From Candidatus Magasanikiibacteriota bacterium (GTDB lineage Bacteria; Patescibacteriota; Patescibacteriia; Magasanikbacterales; 2-02-FULL-50-9b): DNA of 58,855 bases. The notes beneath the pieces are model-generated. The model did not search any database, had not been told where the DNA came from, and worked only from the letters and a program-made list of their open reading frames with translations. The position numbers and the translations under genes are program-made. The stretch covers positions 1-58,855 of the forward strand of contig CALRDW010000006.1 in assembly GCA_943355025.1 (NCBI GenBank), written 5' to 3'. Positions 27,629 through 35,813 of the stretch are shown here, piece after piece. Each line of letters opens with the position of its first letter. The stretch's first letter is position 1.

Positions 27629-27709
27629 TTATGCACAGGTTATACACATTGACAGAGAGAACAGACGTTCTCTATACTTATTTCAACAGAACATTTGTTC
27701 TTATCCACA
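27629..27709 (+). promoter_or_regulatory. lexA promoter/operator: -35 TTGACA, -10 TATACT, two GAAC-N4-GTTC SOS boxes, three DnaA-type boxes
   Basis: TTATGCACA 27629-37; TTATACACA 27640-48; TTGACA 27649-54; GAACAGACGTTC 27659-70; TATACT 27673-78; GAACATTTGTTC 27689-700; TTATCCACA 27701-09. Confidence 0.7.
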
Positions 27710-27721
27710 ACCTTATCCCCT

Positions 27722-28303
27722 ATGACTCAAATACTTTTTGAGGAACGGAAAAAAGAGCTCGTTAAATACTACCGAAAGTTTCATAGACTTCCCTCATATG
27801 ATGAACTCGCGACCTTATTTGGTGTGGGATCGAAAGGTTCATTGCATAAATATGTCGAGAAGTTTGTTGAAGATGGGTTGGTTGGAAAAACAGATGGTGG
27901 GCGATTAATTCCCACAACGAAACTATACGGGCTGCGTGTACTCGGAACTGTGCAGGCGGGTTTCCCATCACCCGCAGAAGAAGAGCTGGCCGATACATTG
28001 AGTTTAGATCAGTTTTTAATTAAACATCCGGAGGCGTCCTACATGCTTACTGTTTCTGGTGATTCAATGATTGATGCAGGAATCATGCCGGGCGATATGG
28101 TAATTGTTGAACGTGGGAAATCGCCCCGTCCTGGAGACATCGTTGTTGCTGAAGTCGACCACGATTGGACCATGAAATACTACTTAAAACGAGGCGATGA
28201 AGTAATTTTACGGCCTGCCAATAAAAAATACCAAGATATACGACCACGACAAGAACTGAATGTTGCAGGTGTTGTCACAAGTGTCATCCGAAAGTACAAA
28301 TAA
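27722..28303 (+). CDS. lexA: LexA repressor (S24 peptidase)
   Basis: wHTH N-terminus. Cleavage-domain motifs VSGDSMIDAGIMPGDMVIVE and the Lys region. Start set at MTQILFEERKK. Confidence 0.9.
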   Translation: MTQILFEERKKELVKYYRKFHRLPSYDELATLFGVGSKGSLHKYVEKFVEDGLVGKTDGGRLIPTTKLYGLRVLGTVQAGFPSPAEEELADTLSLDQFLIKHPEASYMLTVSGDSMIDAGIMPGDMVIVERGKSPRPGDIVVAEVDHDWTMKYYLKRGDEVILRPANKKYQDIRPRQELNVAGVVTSVIRKYK

Positions 28304-28328
28304 AAATCGCCCTTAAATTTAAAACTCT

Positions 28329-29597
28329 ATGATAGGCATCTGGGAAACAGGCGTCCATCTTCAATCATTCCCGCGTGCAATTTTACATGTTGATGGCGAT
28401 GCTTTTTTTGCGAGCTGCGAAACAGCGCTGCACCCGGAACTCCGTGGGCGAGTCGTCATCACGGGCAAAGAGCGTGGCATCGCATCATCGCTTTCCTATG
28501 AAGCAAAGGCTCGGGGTGTACGACGTGGTATGACCTTCAAAGAAATCAAACAGCTTTGCCCGGACGCAATTATTTTATCGAGTGATTACGAAACATACTC
28601 ATTATTTTCAAAACGCATGTTCGCGATCATGCGCCGATTCACCGGACAGGTCGAAGAATATGGAATCGACGAGGGGTTTGCGGATTTGACCGGTATGCGC
28701 GAGCCACTCCATATGTCATATGAAGACATTGCGCGCACGATGAAAAAAACTATTGATGAGGAGTTGGGGCTGACTGTTTCGGTTGGTCTCGCGCCGTCAA
28801 AATCGCTTGCGAAAATGGCGTCCAAGTGGCAGAAGCCGAACGGATTCACGAGCGTGCCGGGCCGCGCGATACGTGGATATTTAAGCGTACTTCCCGTTGA
28901 AAATATTTGGGGCGTTGGACGAAATACAACGCAATACATGAACTCGCTTGGGATACTAACTGCTGCTGATTTTACTTCACGGCCATTTGAATTTATTGAA
29001 CAACATTTTACAAAACCACACCAAGAAATGTGGCACGAATTAAACGGTGTGGCTGTGTGGCCGATTACGGTTGAAGAAAAAACAACGTATGCGTCGATTT
29101 CTAAAACGAAAACTTTTACACCACCGTCGATCGATCCGGAGTTTTTGGTCGCGCAGCTCACACGTAATTTAGAAAATGCATGCATCAAAGCACGGCGACA
29201 TGGTTTGGTTGCGCGCCGTCTCATCGTGTATCTCCGCACACAACAATTTTCACACGTCGCCGTCGAAGCAAAAATCACGCGCGCGTCGAATTTTCCGCAC
29301 GACCTGATTCCACACATGCGAACGTTGTTCGCCGATGCATTCAAGCGCGGCGTGCAGTATCGCGCGACCGGTGTTGTGCTCGCGGATCTGCAAACTGATT
29401 CGTCGGTTCAGTCATCTTTGTTTGAATCACCTGTGCGCATGGAAAAATTGCAGCGCGTGTATGCGGCGGTCGATGCGCTGAGCGCAGAGTTTGGAAAACA
29501 TATCGTGCATGTGGGTGGATCGCAAACGAAATTCGCACGGCCGCAGTCTGTAGCGACGGAGCGTTTGAATATTCCTGAGTTGATGGTGAGGGTTTAA
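28329..29597 (+). CDS. dinB: Y-family DNA polymerase (DinB/UmuC-like)
   Basis: ILHVDGDAFFASCE, GIDEGFADLTG, SVGLAPSKSLAKMAS. 25 nt downstream of lexA, so probably one SOS operon. Confidence 0.85.
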   Translation: MIGIWETGVHLQSFPRAILHVDGDAFFASCETALHPELRGRVVITGKERGIASSLSYEAKARGVRRGMTFKEIKQLCPDAIILSSDYETYSLFSKRMFAIMRRFTGQVEEYGIDEGFADLTGMREPLHMSYEDIARTMKKTIDEELGLTVSVGLAPSKSLAKMASKWQKPNGFTSVPGRAIRGYLSVLPVENIWGVGRNTTQYMNSLGILTAADFTSRPFEFIEQHFTKPHQEMWHELNGVAVWPITVEEKTTYASISKTKTFTPPSIDPEFLVAQLTRNLENACIKARRHGLVARRLIVYLRTQQFSHVAVEAKITRASNFPHDLIPHMRTLFADAFKRGVQYRATGVVLADLQTDSSVQSSLFESPVRMEKLQRVYAAVDALSAEFGKHIVHVGGSQTKFARPQSVATERLNIPELMVRV

Positions 29598-29643
29598 AAA
29601 AATAAAAGCGGTACTCATTTCTCGGTTGAGAAATTTTCCCGCT
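29597..29643 (-). terminator. intrinsic terminator, copy 1 of a duplicated 47-nt element
   Basis: On the minus strand it reads AGCGGG...hairpin...CCGCT + TTTATTTTTT. 45/47 identical to 32576-32622. It lies 10 nt past the stop of the 29654..30418 gene and abuts the dinB stop. Confidence 0.7.
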
Positions 29644-29653
29644 TGTTACCAAC

Positions 29654-30418
29654 CTACACTTGCGCGAGACCATTCCACCACAAGTCCATCATATCGAGTG
29701 TTGTATTAAAGCCCGTGATGAATTCTTCCTGAGCGCCCGGTCGTGCGAACTCCTGTTGCACTGCATCGGCGAGCCGATCACGGTGACCGGGTTCGTAGTT
29801 GTCGATGTGCAGACAGAAAAAATCGCTGAGCGTGAGCTCGTTTGCCGACCGCGCCGTAACTTTGTGCTCGCCGGCGAGCGCCGCGTCTGAAACCAGTTGC
29901 AATCCGAGCCCGCGCACACGTGCATACTCGTTGAGCACATGACCCACAACCACGAGCTCCGGATTTGCCGTCGCTTCCAAGGCATAGATCACCCCGACTG
30001 CAAACATTTCCGGCGCTGTCGCGATATTGATGCTGAGCTTTGCGAGAAATTCCCGCGTCGGTCCGTCCCACACCATGAGATTCGGCTTGACCCCAAGCTT
30101 CATCAGCTCGCGATTGAGAATCTCATGGTGAGTGTACCCATCAGTCAGGCCACCGCGCTCCTCGCCAAGATTACGAACAAGTTCATCACGAACAGCTGGC
30201 ACATCCTTGAACCGATACGAACAGAGAAACAAGTAGGACGTGATCATGGTGACGAGGCCAACATACTGACACATCACCTCCTCGAGACGTGCTACGCTGA
30301 GCTTATCGTCCATGGCCGCCTGCAAAACAGGATTATTAACCACGAACTGCCGGCGATTCATCTGATCACACAAATTTTTGAAGAACAACATGATCCACTC
30401 CATTATTTTTCGGCACAT
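29654..30418 (-). CDS. heme-oxygenase-like fold, putative di-iron enzyme (CADD/PqqC/DUF3865-like; tentative)
   Basis: ~250 aa all-helical protein. Spaced E/H ligand candidates are LGEERGG..THHE, YALEATANPE and CLHIDNYEPGHRD. Higher GC than the core genes. Confidence 0.5.
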   Translation of the reverse strand: MCRKIMEWIMLFFKNLCDQMNRRQFVVNNPVLQAAMDDKLSVARLEEVMCQYVGLVTMITSYLFLCSYRFKDVPAVRDELVRNLGEERGGLTDGYTHHEILNRELMKLGVKPNLMVWDGPTREFLAKLSINIATAPEMFAVGVIYALEATANPELVVVGHVLNEYARVRGLGLQLVSDAALAGEHKVTARSANELTLSDFFCLHIDNYEPGHRDRLADAVQQEFARPGAQEEFITGFNTTLDMMDLWWNGLAQV

Positions 30419-30541
30419 ACGTCCGTGACATAATTGCTTTTCTGGTTTCGACAGACCAACACAGCGCTGATCTCCCGAAAAAGGAACCTATCTCATCAAT
30501 ACGCGAAGTTCTGCGTTATCAATGAGACAGGAAGGCTTATT

Positions 30542-31006
30542 TTATAGGTCCATTTCAATGACCCGCGTATCAACAAGCCTAATCCAGACATCGTAATCAA
30601 TGGAGTTCGGAAGCTCGAACCCTTCAACGTAAACAGGGGAGCACGGAATCTCGATCGATCCATCGTCATAATACACAGCATTGGGCGCGTACAGCGATGC
30701 GATGTAAAACTCACGGCCATCAATAATTATCTTCGTCTGCCGGGGGAGCCGACATTTGTAAATTTGCTTGTAGATTTCTTCACGTGGCAAATTCCAGTAA
30801 TCAGGCATGGAGTAATCCCAGTCGGCCCTGTCGAAGTTTTTACCCCACTTATACTCAATCGTTAATCGAATACCGAGCTTCGTCGTCGGACGCTCCGAAT
30901 TCGGTGTCGATAGGTAACCGTCCGTGAACCACCTAATCTGTTGTGCGGTGAACCGGTCGTCATCTGGCATCACTCCGCGAGCCTCAACTATTTTACTGAA
31001 CTTCAT
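30542..31006 (-). CDS. hypothetical protein (154 aa)
   Basis: ORF 30542..31018 trimmed to the GGAGGG-preceded MKFSKIVEARG. No family recognised. Confidence 0.6.
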   Translation of the reverse strand: MKFSKIVEARGVMPDDDRFTAQQIRWFTDGYLSTPNSERPTTKLGIRLTIEYKWGKNFDRADWDYSMPDYWNLPREEIYKQIYKCRLPRQTKIIIDGREFYIASLYAPNAVYYDDGSIEIPCSPVYVEGFELPNSIDYDVWIRLVDTRVIEMDL

Positions 31007-31074
31007 GACGCCCTCCACTCAAATTCGTTTCGTCACACTCTCCACAGGAACCCCCTGTTTCAGCGTGACTAAAC

Positions 31075-31103
31075 ACTATACCCGATTTTTGCTAATTTGT
31101 CAA
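31075..31103 (-). promoter_or_regulatory. sigma70-type promoter TTGACA-17-TATAGT (minus strand)
   Basis: -35 at 31103-31098, -10 at 31080-31075. It drives the 30542 and 29654 genes through a ~60-nt leader. Confidence 0.65.
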
Positions 31104-31143
31104 TATAACTAGTGCCATATTTTGATATAATTTGAGCTAAATA

Positions 31144-31172
31144 TTGACAGTTTGTAGAATTTATAATATAAT
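31144..31172 (+). promoter_or_regulatory. perfect consensus promoter TTGACA-17-TATAAT
   Basis: TTGACA at 31144-49, TATAAT at 31167-72. The TrmB-like ATG is at 31199. Confidence 0.7.
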
Positions 31173-31198
31173 TTTTATTGACACTATTCCCCACCTCT

Positions 31199-31933
31199 AT
31201 GGACATCAGCGCCCACCTCAAAGAATTTGGCCTCAAACCAACCGAAATCAAGATTTATTTATATCTGCTGGAAAATGGTATTTCTTCGCCTGCCCAGATT
31301 GCGAAAGGCACGGGCGTGCTGCGCACCAACGCGTATCATGTACTGCGCGAATTATTAGAAGCCGGCCTGATCGAGGAACAATCCGGCAGCAGCGACCGCA
31401 AAACATATATCGCAAGCGACCCGTCATCGCTCGTGCGCGCGCTCGACACACGACGCGAAACAATCACGCGCATCCTCCCCGACCTGCGCTCGCTCTACAC
31501 CACGGAAAAAAATAAACCACGCATCAAGTTTTATTCCGGTCTCAAACAAATTCAGGAAATTTATTTGAGTGCGCTCGAAGCAAAAGAAATATTTACATTG
31601 GGTTCGCCAGAAATGTTGTATAAATTGATGCCAGAATTTACGGAACGCTGGACTGCGGAAGTTCGCCGTCGTGGAATTATTTCACGTGACATTGCATCGC
31701 ACTCATCAAAACAAAGTGCAATTGAAAAAATGGCGCGCGAAATTGGTCCGCAATATTCTGTTGTTTCACTTCCCGCTACTCAAGGGCCAGACCTTACCAC
31801 TGATTTATTATTATGGGATAATAATTTGGCGCTCGTCACACTCGTCGAACCATTTTTTGGAACCATAATTTCAGATCCGCATACTGCGCGAACGTTTCGG
31901 ATGGTGCTGAAAATTTTGCATGGGAAATTGTAG
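31199..31933 (+). CDS. TrmB-family-like transcriptional regulator
   Basis: MDISAHLKEFGLKPTEIKIYLYLLENGISSPAQIAKGTGVLRTNAYHVLRELLEAGLIEE wHTH. Same architecture as the 5517..6266 protein. Confidence 0.7.
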   Translation: MDISAHLKEFGLKPTEIKIYLYLLENGISSPAQIAKGTGVLRTNAYHVLRELLEAGLIEEQSGSSDRKTYIASDPSSLVRALDTRRETITRILPDLRSLYTTEKNKPRIKFYSGLKQIQEIYLSALEAKEIFTLGSPEMLYKLMPEFTERWTAEVRRRGIISRDIASHSSKQSAIEKMAREIGPQYSVVSLPATQGPDLTTDLLLWDNNLALVTLVEPFFGTIISDPHTARTFRMVLKILHGKL

Positions 31934-31938
31934 ACGGG

Positions 31939-31967
31939 TTGACAAACTAAATAAGCTGTTTTATAAT
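31939..31967 (+). promoter_or_regulatory. perfect consensus promoter TTGACA-17-TATAAT with no downstream plus-strand ORF (antisense to the 32000..32530 gene)
   Basis: TTGACA at 31939-44, an exact 17-nt spacer, TATAAT at 31962-67. The predicted start (~31974) is ~26 nt beyond the stop codon of the convergent gene. Confidence 0.6.
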
Positions 31968-31999
31968 TAGTGCATCGCCTGAACACTGTCGGAGTGAAT

Positions 32000-32530
32000 T
32001 TATTCACAGACGTAAGGTTCCACGTTGCTTGCAGCATGGGACGCAGTGGGAGGTGTTTTTGTTTTGTACATTGTTTTGAGGGATAACGTACCGTGCTTAG
32101 TTCGAAGCTCCTCAATATAAAAAATAATGCCGTCATCAAATTTTTTTGTATAAACAACTGATTTATTACCTTCTTTTGTAATCCACCCAATGGATATGGT
32201 GTCATAATTAGTTACTATTTTTGATATTTTCTTAAAATCATTTAGTGTAAGTGGTGGCTTATCGTTCTTATGTTTCTTAAATGCGTGGCGTAGCGCATAA
32301 CTATCCACTTCATGCGAAAAAAACGAAACATCTACTTGCGTAAGCTCAAAAATCTTTCTTGCTGTTGCTGAATTGACCCTGCCCAAATCATAGCGTAGCA
32401 CAGAGCTATCCAGCGTAGTTTTTAGTAAATCACAAATATCATCTGTATATCCAAATATTTTTGAAATAGTGCGTTTCCGTTTTCCAAATCCCAAAATAGG
32501 ACTTCCCATATATACCACTGGGTTCCACAT
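32000..32530 (-). CDS. putative PBECR-like (phage Barnase-EndoU-ColicinE5/D-RelE-type) nuclease-domain protein (tentative)
   Basis: 176 aa. The pattern SYALRHAFKKH...FKKISKIVTNYDTI...VVYTKKFDDGIIFYIEELRTKHGTLSLKTMYK resembles what I recall of polyvalent-protein nuclease modules. Not verified by search. Confidence 0.35.
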   Translation of the reverse strand: MWNPVVYMGSPILGFGKRKRTISKIFGYTDDICDLLKTTLDSSVLRYDLGRVNSATARKIFELTQVDVSFFSHEVDSYALRHAFKKHKNDKPPLTLNDFKKISKIVTNYDTISIGWITKEGNKSVVYTKKFDDGIIFYIEELRTKHGTLSLKTMYKTKTPPTASHAASNVEPYVCE

Positions 32531-32575
32531 CTGAATTTTTTTGTCAATGTGCAGCGCGGTGGAAAAAATGTGGAT

Positions 32576-32622
32576 AAAAAATAAAAGCGGTACTCATTTC
32601 TCGTTTGAGAAACTTTCCCGCT
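32576..32622 (-). terminator. intrinsic terminator, copy 2 of the duplicated 47-nt element
   Basis: 45/47 identical to 29597-29643 at a constant offset of 2979 nt. It lies 7 nt past the stop of the FGase-like gene. A perfect DnaA box TGTGGATAA (32569-32577) abuts it. Confidence 0.7.
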
Positions 32623-32629
32623 CACCAAC

Positions 32630-33361
32630 TCACCTCCCACAATACTCCGACAAACACATCCCGATGTCCTCCGACAATTTTGTTCCCGCGAGTGCGGAAT
32701 TAGGTGTACAGAATTTAGGCTCGGAAATTTCGATCTGCAGTGTATTGATGTGCCAATCTTTTGCAACCGTACGCACCGTGTAGCCGCCAGAAAAATTATC
32801 AGGCTCATCCGTGCGTGCAGGTTTTACATCTGGTATGAACACTGAATAGCCACGCGCGCGCATAAACTCCCCGAATGCGCGATCTGGCTGACCATACAAA
32901 ATGGTTTTCCGATGCGCCGTGCCGAGCACGAGATCATAACCATCACACATGCGCTCAGGACGATCTTTCGGAAAACTGTGCATGTCAATGACCAGTAATT
33001 CTTCAATTGGATATATCTTACGCCTCTGATCGGCCCAACGAGAAATCATACCGTGATACCTCGCATATGTATGAGCCATCAACGAGGACTCAAACGCTTC
33101 TTGGCATGCACGATTATAATCAATATACTTCCTCGACTCATGCCCAACCACAACATCTGCCGAAAAAAATCGCAGTACACCACGGGTGATCGACCACGTT
33201 CCTCTGTCGCGACGTGTAATTCCATTCTTCCGCGGTGAAATGAGTGAGGCGAACTTCGTTGGGCGTGCGCCATCATGTGGAACAGTGAACAATACGCGTG
33301 ATGGCACTGATGAAGTTATCGATGACACTGAATCCGTGCATACTGTATTGAATTTTTCCAT
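32630..33361 (-). CDS. N-formylglutamate amidohydrolase-family (FGase-like) protein
   Basis: ORF 32630..33472 trimmed to MEKFNTV. FTVPHDG...IDMHSF...GGYTV pattern. Its start is 1 nt after the cofE-like stop. Confidence 0.6.
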   Translation of the reverse strand: MEKFNTVCTDSVSSITSSVPSRVLFTVPHDGARPTKFASLISPRKNGITRRDRGTWSITRGVLRFFSADVVVGHESRKYIDYNRACQEAFESSLMAHTYARYHGMISRWADQRRKIYPIEELLVIDMHSFPKDRPERMCDGYDLVLGTAHRKTILYGQPDRAFGEFMRARGYSVFIPDVKPARTDEPDNFSGGYTVRTVAKDWHINTLQIEISEPKFCTPNSALAGTKLSEDIGMCLSEYCGR

Positions 33362-33362
33362 T

Positions 33363-34121
33363 TTATCCTCCGATTTTTTTTCGTTTTGAATATTTCGTGC
33401 GCGGTCCGATAAATTTTCCCCATGTGCGAACGCGGCGCCACAGTGGCGCATACACATCCTCACGAGGATCAATGTACAATTCTTTTTTATCTACCTCCTC
33501 CACCCATTCGACGGGTGCATCTTTGATTATTGCGAGTGGTTGCACCTCATCACCTTCGCCCATTACCAATACTGCTGCTGTTGCAAGACTGTCTGCAACA
33601 TCGGTGCGCGAATATGACATCATGCGCCCATTCAAATCTTTGCTGCCACGATATTCACGGATGCCGCTGATCCCCGCGTAGCCGAGCGCGATGCCGACAA
33701 CGCCGGCGCGCAGTGGAAGCAATCGACTATCTGTTATAATCACACCAAGTTTTTTTATTTTGTAATGCGTGCGTAGTGCTGCACGAATTTTTTCTGCGCT
33801 TGCATAGCTGTCGCGCGGCAAGAGCACTAATCCGCCGTGCGCATTCGATTCATCAATTCCTGCCGAACCCAAAATCACACCGTCCTTGATGCTGAGCCAG
33901 CAATATTTTGTTTTCATTTGCCAGTCACTTTCTTCGCGCACTAATTTTGCTTTGAGTCGCGCGCTCGTTTTTGGCACCCACCGTCCTTCGGCATATGCAA
34001 CAATCTTTGAAGTTACGACAAGAATGCTGCCGTCCGAAAGTTTCGGAATGTGTGTAGTGATGTGCCGCAGTAAGTCGTCGCCGACATGGACAACTGAAGT
34101 TTTGATGGGGGTTACGATCAT
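33363..34121 (-). CDS. CofE/FbiB-type gamma-glutamyl ligase family protein
   Basis: 252 aa. VVTSKIVAYAEGR, GIDESNA, VIITDS, PLRAGVVGIALGYAG, VLVMGEGDE match the F420-0:gamma-glutamyl ligase fold family. Confidence 0.75.
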   Translation of the reverse strand: MIVTPIKTSVVHVGDDLLRHITTHIPKLSDGSILVVTSKIVAYAEGRWVPKTSARLKAKLVREESDWQMKTKYCWLSIKDGVILGSAGIDESNAHGGLVLLPRDSYASAEKIRAALRTHYKIKKLGVIITDSRLLPLRAGVVGIALGYAGISGIREYRGSKDLNGRMMSYSRTDVADSLATAAVLVMGEGDEVQPLAIIKDAPVEWVEEVDKKELYIDPREDVYAPLWRRVRTWGKFIGPRTKYSKRKKIGG

Positions 34122-34140
34122 AATTTATATTCACAAGAAT

Positions 34141-34286
34141 TAAAAAACCGCCCGAGAGGCGGATTGCAAAACGCAAAGCACCCCGGGATTAGCAGGGGTT
34201 CTGGCGATCAAAGCCTGACCAAGTTTTAAAAGTCGAAGTGATCAACATAGTAGGGGTAGGATAATCCTAAACGTTTCGCCTGTCAA
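34141..34286 (-). promoter_or_regulatory. promoter (TTGACA-17-TATCCT), ~100-nt structured leader and intrinsic terminator upstream of the cofE-like operon
   Basis: On the minus strand, the -35 is at 34286-81 and the -10 at 34263-58. The leader has GGT-CA-GGC/GCC-AGA-ACC and CCCC/GGGG hairpins. AATCCGCC-tctc-GGGCGGTTTTTT lies at ~34165-34141, 20 nt before the ATG (34121). The terminator could instead simply end the MFS gene. Confidence 0.45.
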
Positions 34287-34287
34287 A

Positions 34288-35463
34288 TCAGACAGTAACA
34301 TCTTCTTTGGTTAGTCTAAAAAACACCACACCAAACGCAACGGCGCCAGCAGTTGCAAAAAATGCTGCAGAAAAATTGTGGTCTGCGATTGCACCGAGAA
34401 TTGGATTCATCGCAACAACGAAGGCGCTCATGATTAATGAAATTGTTGATAAAACTGTCGCACGGTGTGCGCCGTGAATATGGCGATTCTGATAATCAAT
34501 GATGATTGGATCACGAACGTTGTTTGCTGCGTCGGTCATAATAAATAGCAAGACAGCTACAATTGGATTAACAACAAAACCAATTGCGATAAATAATATG
34601 ATTGGCACTATCGATGTAACTAACAATCCGCGTTCAACACCAAACCATTCTTCGATTTTATATGAATACCATTTCACAAGCGCAACGCAGCCTGCGGAAA
34701 TTGCAAGCGCCGGACCGAACCAATTTTCAGGCACGTGTGCGTGCACGAAATAAATCTGATACAACTCCATGAGCACAAAACCGAATGACGTTGTGAACAG
34801 AAAATACAAAACAATTTTGCGCAGTTTCTTGTTTGCACGCAACAATCGAATGCCTGAACCAAATTGTGCAATTGTTTTTTCTGATGCCACTTCTGTTGTG
34901 GTGTGGCGCGATTCTTTAAGCGACAGCGTGACAAGTAATCCGACGATTGATGCTGCGAGTGTGAGTTGAAATAACAGGTGAAAATTTTCCATCGTGTGCA
35001 GGGGCGCGATCATGCCACTCGCGAGTGCAGCAACGCCGTATGCACCAGTCATCAATGCGCCATATGCCGCGAAAACTTTTTGTGTTTGCGATTCTTTTCC
35101 AGCAGCTTTTAATTCGTCGATGATAAATGCCTGATCTGATCCGGACCAGAATGCATTTGCTAATCCAAAAAGCACATACACTGCGCCGAACCCAATAAAT
35201 GTGTTGACGTGTAGCCAGACGAACCATCCAATGACTGAGGTAGCGGCGCCAGCGACCATGCTCCACTTGCGGCCACAGCGGTCGCCGAATACGCCAGTCG
35301 GAATTTCAAAAAACATGCCGGAGAACAGCACGATTGAAACGAGCGAGAGGACTTGTTGGAGTGACAAACCTTTTGCAACTAGAAACAGTGTGAAAATTGG
35401 ACCTGAAAAATTCAGGGTGCGGACAACTTGTGCCGCAATAAGGCGTTTAATCGAGGAGGTCAT
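34288..35463 (-). CDS. MFS transporter
   Basis: 391 aa, ~12 TM helices. GDRCGRKW loop motif between TM2 and TM3. Confidence 0.85.
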   Translation of the reverse strand: MTSSIKRLIAAQVVRTLNFSGPIFTLFLVAKGLSLQQVLSLVSIVLFSGMFFEIPTGVFGDRCGRKWSMVAGAATSVIGWFVWLHVNTFIGFGAVYVLFGLANAFWSGSDQAFIIDELKAAGKESQTQKVFAAYGALMTGAYGVAALASGMIAPLHTMENFHLLFQLTLAASIVGLLVTLSLKESRHTTTEVASEKTIAQFGSGIRLLRANKKLRKIVLYFLFTTSFGFVLMELYQIYFVHAHVPENWFGPALAISAGCVALVKWYSYKIEEWFGVERGLLVTSIVPIILFIAIGFVVNPIVAVLLFIMTDAANNVRDPIIIDYQNRHIHGAHRATVLSTISLIMSAFVVAMNPILGAIADHNFSAAFFATAGAVAFGVVFFRLTKEDVTV

Positions 35464-35543
35464 AATGTGCGCGAACTATACATGAGATGTGACATACCAT
35501 CAATATTGACAGTGGCCGGGCGCTTTTATACACTATATTGACC

Positions 35544-35813
35544 ATGCTCTCACTGTACGAACGAATCATAAATTTATTGGCCACACACGCCGTGCCCTAC
35601 ACCGAATACGATCACGAGCCGATTTTGACGTATGAAGATGCTGAGCGTGAAAAAACGCGGCTCGGTTGGAGTGGCATTGAGAGCAAAAATGTTTTTATGC
35701 GTGGCGCGGACGGAACGTATTATGTGATGATGGCCGTTGCGGGTCAGCGCGTTGATTTTGCGCGGCTCAAAGAATTGCTTGCGGCGCTACCGAATAAAAT
35801 TATTGAGGTGTGA
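35544..35813 (+). pseudogene. N-terminal half of a ProX/YbaK-type aminoacyl-tRNA deacylase-domain gene (interrupted)
   Basis: MLSLYERIINLLATHAVPYTEYDHEPILTYEDAE...KNVFMRGADGTYYVMMAVAGQRVDFARLKELLAA is colinear with the first ~85 residues of the family. It then reads an unrelated 8-codon tail and a stop. Confidence 0.6.

Noticed and set aside
27629-27709. The DnaA-box cluster in the tig-lexA spacer as a second replication origin.
   Set aside because: There is no adjacent AT-rich unwinding tract, and the boxes interleave precisely with promoter and SOS-operator elements. The dnaA-flanking spacers are the better oriC candidates.
28586-29344. Long antisense ORFs inside well-supported genes. Examples: 252 aa opposite dinB, 50071..50787 opposite the 319-aa orphan, 55568..56092 opposite holA, 11898..12374 opposite ychF, 24103..24516 opposite hppA.
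   Set aside because: They are shadow frames of GC-richer genes. They have Ser/Arg/Ala-rich low-information composition, no start context and no recognisable motifs. The sense-strand genes have strong family signatures.
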